From assembly GCA_951406725.2 (NCBI GenBank), contig OX597820.1, positions 91,326,001 to 91,390,000 on the forward strand: a stretch of DNA of 64,000 nucleotides, in the 5' to 3' direction. Every line of letters begins with the position of its first letter. The stretch's first letter is position 1. Both the position numbers and the translations under genes were made by a program. The notes under the pieces are model-generated. The model saw only the letters and a program-made list of their open reading frames with translations. It did no database searches and was not told the origin of the DNA. This DNA comes from Octopus vulgaris. Its lineage: Eukaryota. Shown one piece after another: positions 26,409 through 39,214 of the stretch.

Positions 26409-26918
26409 GTGTGGAGGCGCGTGGCTTAGTGGTTAGGGTGTCTGCATCATGATCGTAAAATTGTGGTTTCGATTCCTGGACCGGGCGACGCGTTGTGTTC
26501 TTGAGCAAAACACTTCATTTCACGTTGCTCCAGTCCACTCAGCTGGTAAAAATGAGTAACGCTGCGATGGACTGGCGTCCCGTCCAGCTGGGGAACACAT
26601 AGCTCATAGAAACCAGGTAACTGGGCCCATGAGCCTAGCTAGGCCTTAACAGGGCGCATTTGTGGAGGCGCGTGGCTTAGTGGTTTGTGTGTCAGCATCA
26701 TGATCGTAAGATTGTGGTTTCGATTCCTGGACCGGGCGACGCGTTGTGTTCTTGAGCAAAACACTTCATTTCACGTTGCTCCAGTCCACTCAGCTGGCAA
26801 AAATGAGTAACGCTGCGATGGACTGGCGTCCCGTCCAGCTGGGGAACATATACGGCATTGAAACCTGGAAACCGGGCCCATGAGCCTGGCTAGGCTTTAA
26901 AAGGGCGCATTTATTTAT
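26409..26918 (+). mobile_element. Head-to-tail dimer of a ~250-bp tRNA-derived SINE
   Basis: Two near-identical units (26409-26660, 26661-26918), each with A box tggcttagtgg, B box ggtttcgattcc, central ttgagcaaaacacttc...ccagtccactcagctg and ctgcgatggactggcgtcccgtccag. Confidence 0.85.
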
Positions 26919-27096
26919 TATCAAGAGCATGTAGAAATACCACTAAACATATTTGACCAATGCGCAAAATATTCTGTGAGTTCATAGTTTTAATAATAGA
27001 AATAATACTAGTAATATTGTTAAATAATATTATAGATGGGCTGGTAAATTGAGCGCCTATAGCGTACGGCGTACAGATGTGTCGTATAGCTCGCGC

Positions 27097-27257
27097 TTGC
27101 GGTTGGGGTTACGCTTAAATTCAAGACTTCAGAAAAATGTTAAGGTTTCCTTTTTAGACATGTGATTTACCACTGGTCTGTCTTTATGTTTTCAATGGTC
27201 TACAGAAACTTGCACCCGGTTTCCCAGATTCTAGACCGGACACCGGTTCAACATACG
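27097..27257 (-). repeat. Right arm of a ~160-bp inverted repeat pair
   Basis: Reverse complement of 25165-25324. Confidence 0.8.
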
Positions 27258-27498
27258 ATTTGCTCATCGTGTCAGTTGAGTTGCTTGGGGAAATGTGAAA
27301 TATTCGACAATGCTAACATTTTGAATCCATCCGATAGGTCTTCGCACCGCATTTAAATGCTTTCACAGTACTAGGGCAGACAAAACGCTATTTATAAAGG
27401 CTTCGACTACAGATACATCACATGGGATCAAACTGGATATCTCATGATTGCGCTACAGTTCTTAGAGATTTTTGTGTCCAGACAAACGCACTCCATCC

Positions 27499-27499
27499 A

Positions 27500-27581
<82 letters not shown>

Positions 27582-27653
27582 CCTGTCTGTCTGTCTGTCT
27601 ATCTATCGACCTATTTTTCTGTCTGTCTGTCTGTCTATCTATCGACCTATTTT

Positions 27654-27734
<81 letters not shown>

Positions 27735-27750
27735 TTTTCTGTCTGTCTGC

Positions 27751-27818
<68 letters not shown>

Positions 27819-27873
27819 ATTTATCTATCTACCTATTTGTCTGTCTGTCTGCCTATCTGTCTATCTATCTATC

Positions 27874-27912
<39 letters not shown>
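27499..27912. repeat. Compound (TCTA)n/(TCTG)n then (GA)n microsatellite
   Basis: Read directly; source of the SIYL-repeat ORFs. Confidence 0.95.
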
Positions 27913-27916
<4 letters not shown>

Positions 27917-28280
27917 CGATATACTCTGTGTATGTTAGAGAGAGGGGGGCTACAGAGATACTGTGTTGGTGTAAGTGGGAGAGAGAGAAAGAGAAAGAGT
28001 TTCTGTAAATATGAGAAAGATTTTAAATTCGATAATGTCATAAAGAAAATATGCGATCGTGTTGAAGTTTACTTATTTTGTTAAGGATTAATCACTTTTC
28101 TAATGATGCAGAACTAATTTAAGCATAGTTATCGCATGCAGCAAATAAACAATATCGTGTTACAGGTGATGAATGTAACTGTCAAAAAGGTATAAAATTG
28201 AACTCAGCATAGATTTAACCTATACTAAAACTCAACGCGATATCTTACTGAAATCCAAGAATATATTATATATGTGAATA

Positions 28281-28668
28281 TGGGAAGCACTCTGTCGGTT
28301 ACGACGATGAGGGTTCCGGTTGATCCGAATCAACGGAACAGCCTGCTCGTGAAATTGACGTGTAAGTAGCTGCGCACTCCACAGACACGTACACCCTTAA
28401 TGTAGTTCTCGGGGATATTCAGCGTGACATAGAGAGTGACAAGGCCGGCCCCATGAAATACAGGTACAACAGAAACAGGAAGTAAGAGTGAGAGAAAGTT
28501 GTGGTGAAAGAATACAGCAGGGATCACCACCATTCCCTGCCGGAGTCTCGTGGAGCTTTTAGGTGTTTTCGCTCAATAAACACTCACAACGCCCGGTCTG
28601 GGAATCGAAACCGTGATCTTATGACCGCGATTCCGCTGCCCTAACCACTGGGCCATTGCGCCTCCACA
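28281..28668 (-). mobile_element. ~390-bp tRNA-derived SINE
   Basis: Minus-strand head tgtggaggcgcaatggcccagtggttaggg...ggtttcgattccc; short flanking duplication tgaatat. Confidence 0.8.
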
Positions 28669-29681
28669 TATGAATATAACCTCTACTTAAACACGAAACT
28701 GAACTCCAAGAATATATTATATATATATGAATATAACCTCTACTTAAACACGAAACCTCAGAGTGGTAAATCTCGGAACATACTTCAGACGAAATTTGTG
28801 ATATAGACATTCCAATGTAGATATGTAAATCTTCATCACTCTAGCTGTTGCATCGGTCGCAGAAGAACGATCTTCTTTCGTCGGTTGGTCATGCATTTAC
28901 AATAAATAACCGTTACAACTCACTAGAATACTGTAGACCGGAGAAAAATAGAAAGGCGTTACTTAATGCTAAATCATTACACTAAAAATAAGTGTGATTA
29001 TGTAGACTTTACTGTAATTTTATTGTGTAACTATGAGAAGTTTACTAATACTTGACTACCGATAAAAATTCAACACACAGATATAGCCACATATAACATA
29101 AGCTATGAAATCTAACAAATCGAGATGTTATCCAATGTTAGTTCTTACGATGCTTTGCTAAGAGTACAACATGCCGTAAATACTGTATGCATTCTGCTGA
29201 AGTCTTTGAACACTAATAGTCTATTGACAGTTAGAAAATCAAAACCAGAAAGGAATAATAAGGAAACGTGAACAGTTATATCAACTTGAACACAGTAAAG
29301 TTCTATAAAAAATGCGGCTTTTAATATTTATATTTTTCAAAATTAAGATAAACAAAGTTCTTTTTTAATGTAAAATATACTCTCCTTTATTTTCTACAAT
29401 GCTCTTCCATCTCTCTTGTAACTTGCAAGGCTCGTCTTCCAAAATTCATTTCTCCGTGACAAAAATATACTCCCCCAGTACAGTTCTGAAATTGTCAAAA
29501 GAAATTATATATTTTTCCGTCCAAAGGATTTTGAAGAATGCGGAAAAAATGATAATCAGATGGGGCAATGTTCAGAGAATATGATGGGTGGGGGATCGTT
29601 CCATATTCAAACTGCGTCAGCTTTTGGATTGTCATCCTCACTGTATGTATGTATGTATATCTATCTATCTATCTATCTATA

Positions 29682-29808
<127 letters not shown>

Positions 29809-29955
29809 AAAAGCAATAAAGATTCAAGTTAATTTAAATGAATTTACTTGAATATGGTACCTAACTTAGATGCACCAAAACAAACTATACGGTTTTAACA
29901 ATACAGTAATGTGGGGTGATTATAAGCGAGAAAAAAGCAACAAGAATGGATAGGT

Positions 29956-30046
29956 TTTTAGTACAATCATTTCATACAAGGACAGGCTTTATTAAAAGTT
30001 GCAAAAATTGCAGCATATAAACGTGTCCCGTACTCATCAGCTAAAA
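29956..30046 (-). ncRNA. Type I hammerhead ribozyme motif (inverted copy)
   Basis: Same as 31431-31521 except GAAAU-GAUU-GUA (U-G pair in helix III). Confidence 0.7.
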
Positions 30047-31430
30047 TACATGTGAGTTCTCTAGACATCCTAGTGGTTGAGGCTATACTCATGAAGTAAT
30101 GTAGATAATTATGTAACATAAACAGATTTCCAAAGTTCATTAAAGTTCTTTAAAGATGATGTACAGTCTTATCACAGAATTTAAAAAAAGTTTTAATAGC
30201 ATCACAGAGAAGGTGACTTAATCCATAGTGTACATATGAATTTCCAGAGATATGAGGAGGGATTACATACTCACAGACGACAAATTTATCCATTGCTAAT
30301 CACAAAGAGGTGGGTTTCAATTCCTGCTTATTAGCATTACAGAGAGGGTGAATTAATCCTTTGTATAGATGCACAATTTCCAATGGTGTAGATGTAAATT
30401 TCCAGAGAAATGAAGAGGAATTTCATATTCACAGGCGATAAATTTATCAATGGTTGAACACAATGAGGTGGGTATCAATTCTTGCTATATGATTAGGTAT
30501 TTGCCACATTAATCACATTACTGCTATTTTCAAGAGACTGTAGCTATTTAACTTTTAAAGGCTGAAGGGCTTTCTGGAGAGGCAAAGAACAGAAAAGGGA
30601 AGGAAAGAGAAGGAAAGAGAGAAAATAAAGGGGGAGGGAGCAAAAGGGGGGGGCTAGAAGAGAAGAGAAAAGGAAAAAGAAAAAAAGAAAAAGAGAATAA
30701 GAAGAAGAAAAAAAAAGAGAAAAGAGAAAGAAATAGGGAAAGAAGGGAAAAAAGAAAAAGAAAAAAAGAGGGTTCTAGTTATACAGAAGAATTAGTAGAC
30801 GGCAAGTCTGGTTTTAATTTACAGGCATCTAGGAACTAGAGGAGAATATTATTCTTTGACCAGTAAAACAGCTAATTTATTGCTGTCGAAAGCAGCTATG
30901 AATTTAAAGAGAATCTAAAGAGATAACACGGTCAGGGGTTTAGGGGTTTAGTGGTCAAAGGCTAAAATCAAAAGAAAATACATTAGGAAATCTAAGTATA
31001 ATCTTATCAAAAAGTCATTAAAATTTATTTATTTATTTTATTCATTTTACTGTCTTAAGGAGTTGCCGTTATTATTCATACAATGACGGACTACAGGTCA
31101 AATCTTAGAAGATCATTTACAAGGTGTTAGGGAATTGTCTATCATAATGAAGATAATCATATTATCACCGAGGGAGTAGCCTTATTTATTTAATTTTGAA
31201 ATAGAATTATGGGGCTTTAGTAACTCATTTTATTTTATTAAAGTTATGCTACTTAAATTAGATTAAGTTAAGAATTAAAATTAAAAATTAAAATTAAGAT
31301 TTAAAATTAAGATTTAAAAATTTAAAATTATGAGTTTGAAATTAAATAAAGCCTCAATTAAGCAGCGTATAAGTACTATTAATTTCCCTGTTCTCAAAAA
31401 CCACTAGGATGTCTAGAGAACTCACATGTA

Positions 31431-31521
31431 TTTTAGCTGATGAGTACGGGACACGTTTATATGCTGCAATTTTTGCAACTTTTAATAAAGCCTGTCCTTG
31501 TATGAAACGATTGTACTAAAA
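31431..31521 (+). ncRNA. Type I hammerhead ribozyme motif
   Basis: Helix I UUUUAG(31431-36)/CUAAAA(31516-21); CUGAUGA at 31437-43; long helix II GUACGGGACA...UGUCCUUGUAU; GAAAC-GAUU-GUA, with predicted cleavage after A31515. Confidence 0.75.
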
Positions 31522-31552
31522 ACCTATCCATTCTTGTTGCTTTTTTCTCGCG

Positions 31553-31583
<31 letters not shown>

Positions 31584-31633
31584 TTATTTATTTATTTATA
31601 TATATATATATTTATATACATATAATATACATA

Positions 31634-31671
<38 letters not shown>

Positions 31672-31674
31672 TTT

Positions 31675-31745
<71 letters not shown>

Positions 31746-31748
<3 letters not shown>

Positions 31749-32411
31749 GGTGCGGTGAATAAACTGTCGTCAAATTACGCAAAAAAGAAAAATAACACGG
31801 AAAATCTCATTTTAATAGATGTATTTACCAAATTTGCATAACATTATCTTGAAATAATAAAGAATAAATGTAGTAAATAAAATTGCCATTGGCGAAAACC
31901 ATTGGACTCCAGACAACTAGAATCTCCTGCCACTCTTCTGGACGGTCTCCTTGTTGAAGTTGGTGAATGTTGCTATAATCCTCGCCTTCAGTACATCTTT
32001 GGTTTTACAAGAGTTATGATGGTCTCTAGCTCAACTGCGCTCCACACATTATAATCAAGGGCTTTGAAGTCTTGGCAGTTAGGTGGCCAGATGTTAGGGA
32101 TGACGTGCTTGCAGAAATGGTCTGACAACCATAAATGAGTCCTCCTACTTGTTCAGAGCTCATAAACTCTCCTCAGACTGACACGCAAACACTCTGAAAT
32201 GTTCGTACTGGAGCTTCCAGCGCGAATGCCAAGCATTACAGCATATCATTTCTAAATTTGTTGCAGAGTGAATGGGGTGATAGTGCGCTTTTTCTCATAG
32301 ACGGTGCCCAACTGATCCTACTATACTGTGTAGCCGATAAAATCAAATACAAACAACGCTCACGCGCGAAATTAGAATATAATACAACAGCAATTTTACC
32401 ATCGCACGCTG
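31746..32411 (-). mobile_element. Non-autonomous Tc1/mariner deletion derivative
   Basis: TA|CAGGGTGCGGTGAATAAA and TTTTACCATCGCACGCTG|TA terminal inverted repeats; minus-strand remnant PNIWPPNCQDFKALDYNVWSAVE, corresponding to the WPPNSPDLNPLDY.VW catalytic motif. Confidence 0.8.
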
Positions 32412-33547
32412 TATGACTGTATGTGTATATATATATATATATATATACACATGTAAAATATGTTAGATACGCACTTCTTCAATGTGTGTGTGTGGGTCTG
32501 TGAGCTAATGTATATATTTATATACAAACATACATGCATACACCTATATTGTATCAATGTTTGGTTTTACTGACAAGTTTATAGTAAATTGAACAATTAT
32601 ACAATACATTTTGTAGAGTACGAATTTATTATTCTTTAACAGAATCATATTGTCTGTTTTCAAATTTTGGCGAGCTAAACTGTCATCGGTTTATGATATA
32701 TTGAGATAATCTTGGCATTATATAGTCTCTGTTAAGTTCAAATTTTCTGGGTTTGGCGGAGCTCTGTTCAATTAAAATTAAGTTGTAGGGTTGATTGTGA
32801 TGGAGAGATGTTATGGAACATTTTTATCGATTAAATTTGGTGTTGTTCAAAATTTATACAGGCATGTAGAGCTTTGTCAACATATGTGCGTATGAGCTTC
32901 AGTTCCTGGGGTTGTTTTTAAGGGCTTATAAAAAATGCACGTAGGTTTTTTTGGTTAGCATGTATGTGAATAGTTGTAGTTGATGTTGATTCTATTTGGA
33001 TACCAATGGGAGATTTAACCTTTTGCTTTGACAAGTCAGAGGTTAAAGTTCAGAGTTCAGTTCACCTAAAGACTTATGCTCATGGATCCACGCAAGATTA
33101 CTCCTAATGGCTCTTGCTCTGGTTTCTATAACTTCGGAAAGGGGAACTATGAACTTTTATGCTTCTTTTTTCTTCTCTCTTTCCATTTCCTTATTCTTTT
33201 ACTCCCTTCCTTTATATTGCCTTCTTATTGATATATGCCATTCTCATTTTTCATATTTTTTCCCCAATTTGACTCTGTTGACAGAATATCCCATATTCGT
33301 GGATATCCCAGAAGCAGCTGTAAGATTTTGAATTTCTTCCTATAATAATATTCTATATGAATTGAGATGCTTGCCTTGCCTTAATGTTCGATTTCCTGTT
33401 TAAACATTTCATATCCGCTGCATGGGAAATCTACAATGGGTCCATAACAACAGTCTTGACTATAACCTTGGAGCCCCAGTAAAGCGTTACAGCTCTTACC
33501 TAGCGTACCTAATCGTTTAGATCACTTGTGAAGTAAACCCCCATACT

Positions 33548-33590
<43 letters not shown>

Positions 33591-33690
33591 TACATTATAT
33601 ATATATGTAGATACATACATATATATGTATGTATGTATGTATGTATTTATACGTATATATGTATATAACTTTTAGTAAAATTATATATAC

Positions 33691-33741
<51 letters not shown>

Positions 33742-33855
33742 CTATGTACATTTGTAGCATGCACACGCACTCACGCTTGCATGTATATAATCTGCTATGT
33801 TTTTTACTGCTTTCACTTATTAAAGCACTGCTAATTTAAGGCACCAATTTCGTGT

Positions 33856-33925
33856 ACAGTAATGCCTCGATTTACGAGTTAATTCGTTGTCGATGAACTC
33901 TCGTAATACGAAAATTCGTAAATCT
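33856..33925 (+). mobile_element. Possible Tigger/pogo-like terminal inverted repeat
   Basis: TA|CAGTAATGCCTCGATTTACGAG followed by subterminal cgtaa repeats; the partner TIR was not found. Confidence 0.4.
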
Positions 33926-34479
33926 GATAGAAAACTCTTAAAGCCGGGGTCTTGTAAAATGATGTATCACTGTATTTTAGTTAATCAAGTTGCGCGCGTT
34001 ATACGATTTAGCTTGGTACGAGTGTTATCGATCTTTATATCTGCATACTTAATTAGCGAGTCAAATGAAAACAACACAAACTGCCGTGCAAGTTTTTAGT
34101 ACAGTTAACACATAAAGGTAGACAGGTGAAAAACTTCCTTATATATCTATAAATAAAACGAAGTTCAGCACCGTTGTTTTGTACTAATTGCGTTCAGTGA
34201 ATCGGTTAACCTGAGGAATTGTATATAGTATGGATGTATTATCTATTAGTATTTTTCCATCTGTTGTTTTATTGTATTTGGTATAATGCCGTGCAGTTGC
34301 TCCATGTGTGGCTGTAAATATAACGATTAATACCACGAAGCTGACATCTCACACATTTTCAGTCCAATACATAAATTGCATTGTTTATTTGTAGCTTGTA
34401 CTCGATTTTATATGCTTGTGGTGTGCTGCTGTGAAGGGTGTTTTTGATTTTACCGTTCTTGTAATATATTAATAGTGTC

Positions 34480-34686
34480 AGTTTCTGGTTTTTGTGTGAT
34501 ACAACGGCAGAATTTCTAAATATTTTAGAGGAAGCAATCGGAATAAATACCATCACCACCTCTGATGTAGGAAATCTTTTCACCAATGTCCGAGTAAAAG
34601 CAGAGATCGAAATTACATTAGACAAAGTATACAAACACACCAAAATAAAAACTACCCGTGATACTAGCAAATTTATTGAAAATTAA
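34480..34686 (+). pseudogene. Penelope-like element reverse transcriptase remnant
   Basis: CDTTAEFLNIL...TTSDVGNLFTNVRVKAEIEITLDKVYKH resembles the PLE RT motif S.DV.SLFTNVP..E.I..IL..VY. Confidence 0.6.
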
Positions 34687-36870
34687 TACCAGTTTTAATG
34701 GTTTTATTGTAATCAAGAAATTATTTGAAGACGTATAGATCAAACAGTACAAATAAGATCTAAAATTAAACATAAAAGCAATGCTAATACGATATAATTC
34801 CTCAATGTAAACAGCCAGAAATCAAAACAGCAGATACATTGCATATCTACACATAGGTTCACTTTTCAATATGAGGTGAAGTGTTTAGATAATGTAGCTT
34901 TTCGAAAAATTAGGGAGTTGTTTCTGGAACAATTGTTGAATGAATGTTAGTTAACATGGTCAACATAATAGCGAAAAACACAAACTAGTCTGATATTAGT
35001 TATTATTCATTTATTGTACAACTAACAAAAGAGTTCCAAGGAATTTGTAAATGCATTTCATCAAGAAAAATCCCTAGATGAAAATGTTTGGAATTTCGAA
35101 GAAAAATAAAGTACTTCATAGTGACAAACGAAAATCCTTTAAAGTAATTCAAAGAAAGTTATGTAGTCACAATAGTTTATTTCATAATACGGTCGTCAAG
35201 TGTATTACATGTAGAAGTAACAAACAGAATTGGTGGTAATGATGATTTTCAGCTAATGATAAAAAGTGCGCTGTTTCAATATTTTCTAGTGCAAACGAGT
35301 TTCAAAGATAAACACAGCATATAAAGGCCACATATAAAAAATTGTCGCAAGAGAAATTATTCACCTCGATTTTACACGATTTTACACACCCACACACATA
35401 CACATTTCAACCTGCTGTGTGGACGCCCCCAGACGATGAAGTAGGCTAGCCCAATACATATATATAGTGGGAGAAGCCTAGACGTCAAGAGAACAGCTGA
35501 GTAGCAGAGAAAAGTGAAGAGTTGAGTAAAAGGCTTCCGAACGTGCGACATAACACAATCCTTTTCAATATATTTACATACTAAAAAGTATATGAGTGTT
35601 GGCTGCAGTTTACATATTAATATATTAATTTGTCTCAAACGTTAATGGATTACGAAAGGCAGAGATTTGTCAAAATCCGAAGATCGACGACAGAACGTCC
35701 TGTGTTGTTATTACGTTTTGCATCTTATTTCGACCAACATTAAAAGCATTTTTCATCATTTCATGTGTCAATAAAAAAAAAAAAATCCATTCTAATACAG
35801 ACATCGATATAATCAGCGAAATCCTGCCCCAAGTTGAGTGGCTGTGCACTTATGTTAAATTCAGTTTGGCTCCAGGAATCATTTACTGAATAATATGATA
35901 TTGTATGACTTAAATGTTGTCAAATATCTAAAGTTTCTCTCAAAATCTATTTGAACTTGGATTCAGAAAGATATAGAAATCGAAATTTAGTTTCAACGTA
36001 TAATACATATATCATACTATGAAAAGGCTACCATCGCTCGAGAGAATGAATTTATATTAATGTAACCTAAATTATGCTAAGGACCAGATTCTTTCACACA
36101 ATCATATTCATAGAAATGATTTTTCTGAATAGCTCGACAGTAATGTTCAATATTTATTCAATAATTTTCTCGTGCAGTATGAAATCAACTCTTTGGTCTA
36201 CTGACTCCTTATAGGTAAAAATGTTAATTTCTTTTTTCCATGTAACCATGGAAAATCAAAAACGCTTTCATCCTTCCATAAGTAGGTGGACTAAATTTTC
36301 AGAGTATAACCTGATTTATAAAGTAAAACGATATAGCAGATAGTCATCCTCTAATAAGTGTTCTACCGGTGTGTTTAGGACACGGATGATTTATGCAATG
36401 AAGATTTTATGAAACTACGGTTGGATACTTTGAATAGAGATTTAGACTATGCTGTATTACTCTGTAAAGCTGAAGGTAGATGTAGATTGCATGTTGTCAC
36501 TATAATTGATACTGTAGTTGGTAATCCAATTACTGTATGCTTGCTTGTCATCCGCAAATTGTAAGCATATAATGTGATTCACTGTCACCATTTTTCTGTA
36601 TTCATCTTTAGTTACAACGAGGTAGGCGAGCGAAATATATGAAACAGCGCTAATCGAACTCATAAAGCCACTTTGAAATATATAATCGATAAACGCATTT
36701 GGAGAAAGATCTGTTGGTCTTTTAAAATGTACGGGAAAAAACCATATAATATAGTCCCACATCTAAGAAGCATATAAAATCTCCACATTTATGTCTAATT
36801 TACGTAGGTAATAAAAGCATTAACTATTTCGCAGAATACAGTTGATTAAGTGTGGAAAGAAAATCTGATA

Positions 36871-37012
36871 GGGCGGGGGCCCATGAATGCTTCGGTTGGG
36901 ATGTCACGTGATAAATTAAATATATCGTTGTGTAATCATTGTAGCAAATCAATGTAAAGTATATAAAAACACGGAAAATAAATTGCTTCGAAATATCTCT
37001 GCTGTCACGTGA
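36871..37012. promoter_or_regulatory. Promoter-like motif cluster
   Basis: GC box GGGCGGGGGC at 36871, GTCACGTGA at 36903 and 37004, TATAAAA at 36962; motif-level evidence only. Confidence 0.2.
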
Positions 37013-37434
37013 AGTGATACTGACAATAACTGGATAGGAAATGTGTCTGTCGATAGTATCGTGAACGCCATTAATTATGATGTGCCTTTGCTCACATTTC
37101 CTCGTAAGTTTACTAAGTTTTATTTGTCAATACTTTAAATTTTAAAACGTTTCAGATAAGGCAAACAATTCTAATTAGACATAACAATTGTACAATAGGA
37201 AACTATGGAACTGGATTTATTGTAAGATAGAATTTAGTACACAATATGCAAGGTATTTCATGCTTATATAGAACTACACGTTTGTAAATGAGTTTTTCTT
37301 TTATTGAAATATTTCTAAGTAAATGACTGTTGAGACAAAGAGGATTTAACGTAAAACAAGGCATATTTAGAGAATAGAATGAAGATGAAATTGAATTAAA
37401 TAATAAAATACAATTCTTTCTTTCTTTTTTTTTA

Positions 37435-37830
37435 TCCTTTTACTTATTTCAGTCATTTTTGACTGTCGCCATGCTGGAGCACCACCTTTAGTCGAGCAAA
37501 TCGACCCCATAACTTATTTTTATAAGCTTAGTACGTATTCTATCGTTCTCTTTTGCCAAACCACTAAGTTACGGGGATATAAACACACCACCATCGGTTG
37601 TCAAGCGATGTTGGGGGGACAAACACAGACACACAAACATACATACACATACATATACATATATACGACTGGCTTCTTTCAGTTTCCGTCTACCAAATCC
37701 ATTCACAAGGCCTTGGTCGGCCAGAGGCTATAGTAGAAGACACTTGTCCAAGGTGCCACGCAGTGGGACTGAACCCGGAACCATGTGGTCGGTAAGCAAG
37801 CTACATACCACACAGCCACTCCTGTGCCTA
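37435..37830 (-). mobile_element. tRNA-derived SINE (second family), near full length
   Basis: Minus-strand head aggcacaggagtggctgtgtgg..ggttccgggttcagtccc; homologous to 56965-57387. Confidence 0.85.
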
Positions 37831-39182
37831 TGCAGTTTCACTTGTCCAGTCACATTTTTAGTAGCCATTGACTATTTTCTGAGCCTTCGAGTCTTGTAGG
37901 CGGGTGAAACGTAGTTTTACCCAGAATAGAGATTTATTCCAAATGCTTAGATCAGTGTGGACATCGCTAAAAGCACCGCGGTGTGATTTCGTCCAGTTTC
38001 CATCTCTCAGGTGTTAGTCACACAGTTCCAGACAACCTGCGGCTACGTTAGAATACACTTGCTCTATATGCCATGAAACGAAATCGAACCTAAAGTCTAG
38101 TAGTTACGAAGCGAATGTAAAAAAACGAACAACCATGTCTTGGCGCGTTTCTAAGCAACACAGTCATGCCCTGACTCGTTTTGTAACGGAGCGAAATATT
38201 TTTTTACAAATACATATAAAACTATAGTAACGAATTTATAATTTGACCATTTTTACAGTGCATAATGTATACATTCATGCGTTTGTGTCTAGAGAAGATT
38301 AGATAGGTTGTCATATTCATGAGAAATACCTCGATATGTGTCCGTTTCCTTAGTCAGAAATACGCAGGATAAAAGCGCAGCTCCTTTACGTCACAGGGAC
38401 AGGTATACGAAAATAATTAAATATATACATAAACCAATCATTGACTGGGGTCTGTGAAGTGATATCCCAGTGTAGACTGGAAAATAAAATGTTATACAAT
38501 GCAGATACGTACATAACTGTATATATACATATCTAGTTTTATTTATATTAGAGTAGAAGGAGAAAGGATGATACAAGAGAACATAGAAATAGCGAACTGA
38601 GGAGGTAACATATATGTACATACACACGAAACCATTACTGTCGTAAAGACTACTGAGCAACGGTCGAAAACACTGCCTTACCAATGTGTGATGTCAAATA
38701 CAATGAACTGATGTCACCGAAAAGAGTACAATGCACATTGTGGTTAAAAAGGCGCCAATTTCCGGCTGACAGTTTGTCCAAGCGCGTGGGTCTATGAATA
38801 AAGAAAAAGAAGTGATGTGGCTTACACTGTATTGATCTCACGTGATTCATGCTGATAAAGGGAAGATTGACATCTAGTAGCCGTCTTGAATTTCCCGCAA
38901 ACATGTTGTTCTCCTCCCGAAATCTGACGTGATGCATTCATTCAATGTACTCACGAAACTTTCAGCTATATAGAGTTGAATCACAGTATATATATATATA
39001 CATATGTGTATGTGTATGCGTACGTCATTATGATATATACATACATACACATACATACATGCGTGTGTGTGATTGGCTTCATAAATTGTTAAGAGTTTAA
39101 GATATTTTCCTATTTTTTCTTAACACGAAACCAATGGTAGCCTTAATTTACAAATACAGAAATTCTGTCTGACATTTACGTG

Positions 39183-39214
<32 letters not shown>

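Larger units (their letters stand above)
29926..31551. mobile_element. 1.63-kb non-coding element bounded by 153-bp inverted repeats that each contain a type I hammerhead
   Basis: 29926-30078 is the reverse complement of 31399-31551, with one mismatch seen; internal tandem duplication (30197-30487) and purine tract (30580-30775); (TA)n abuts the right end and lies ~120 bp from the left. Confidence 0.8.

Noticed and set aside
32640-33400. Possible very old LINE remnant on the minus strand
   Set aside because: No motif could be read with enough confidence to name it.
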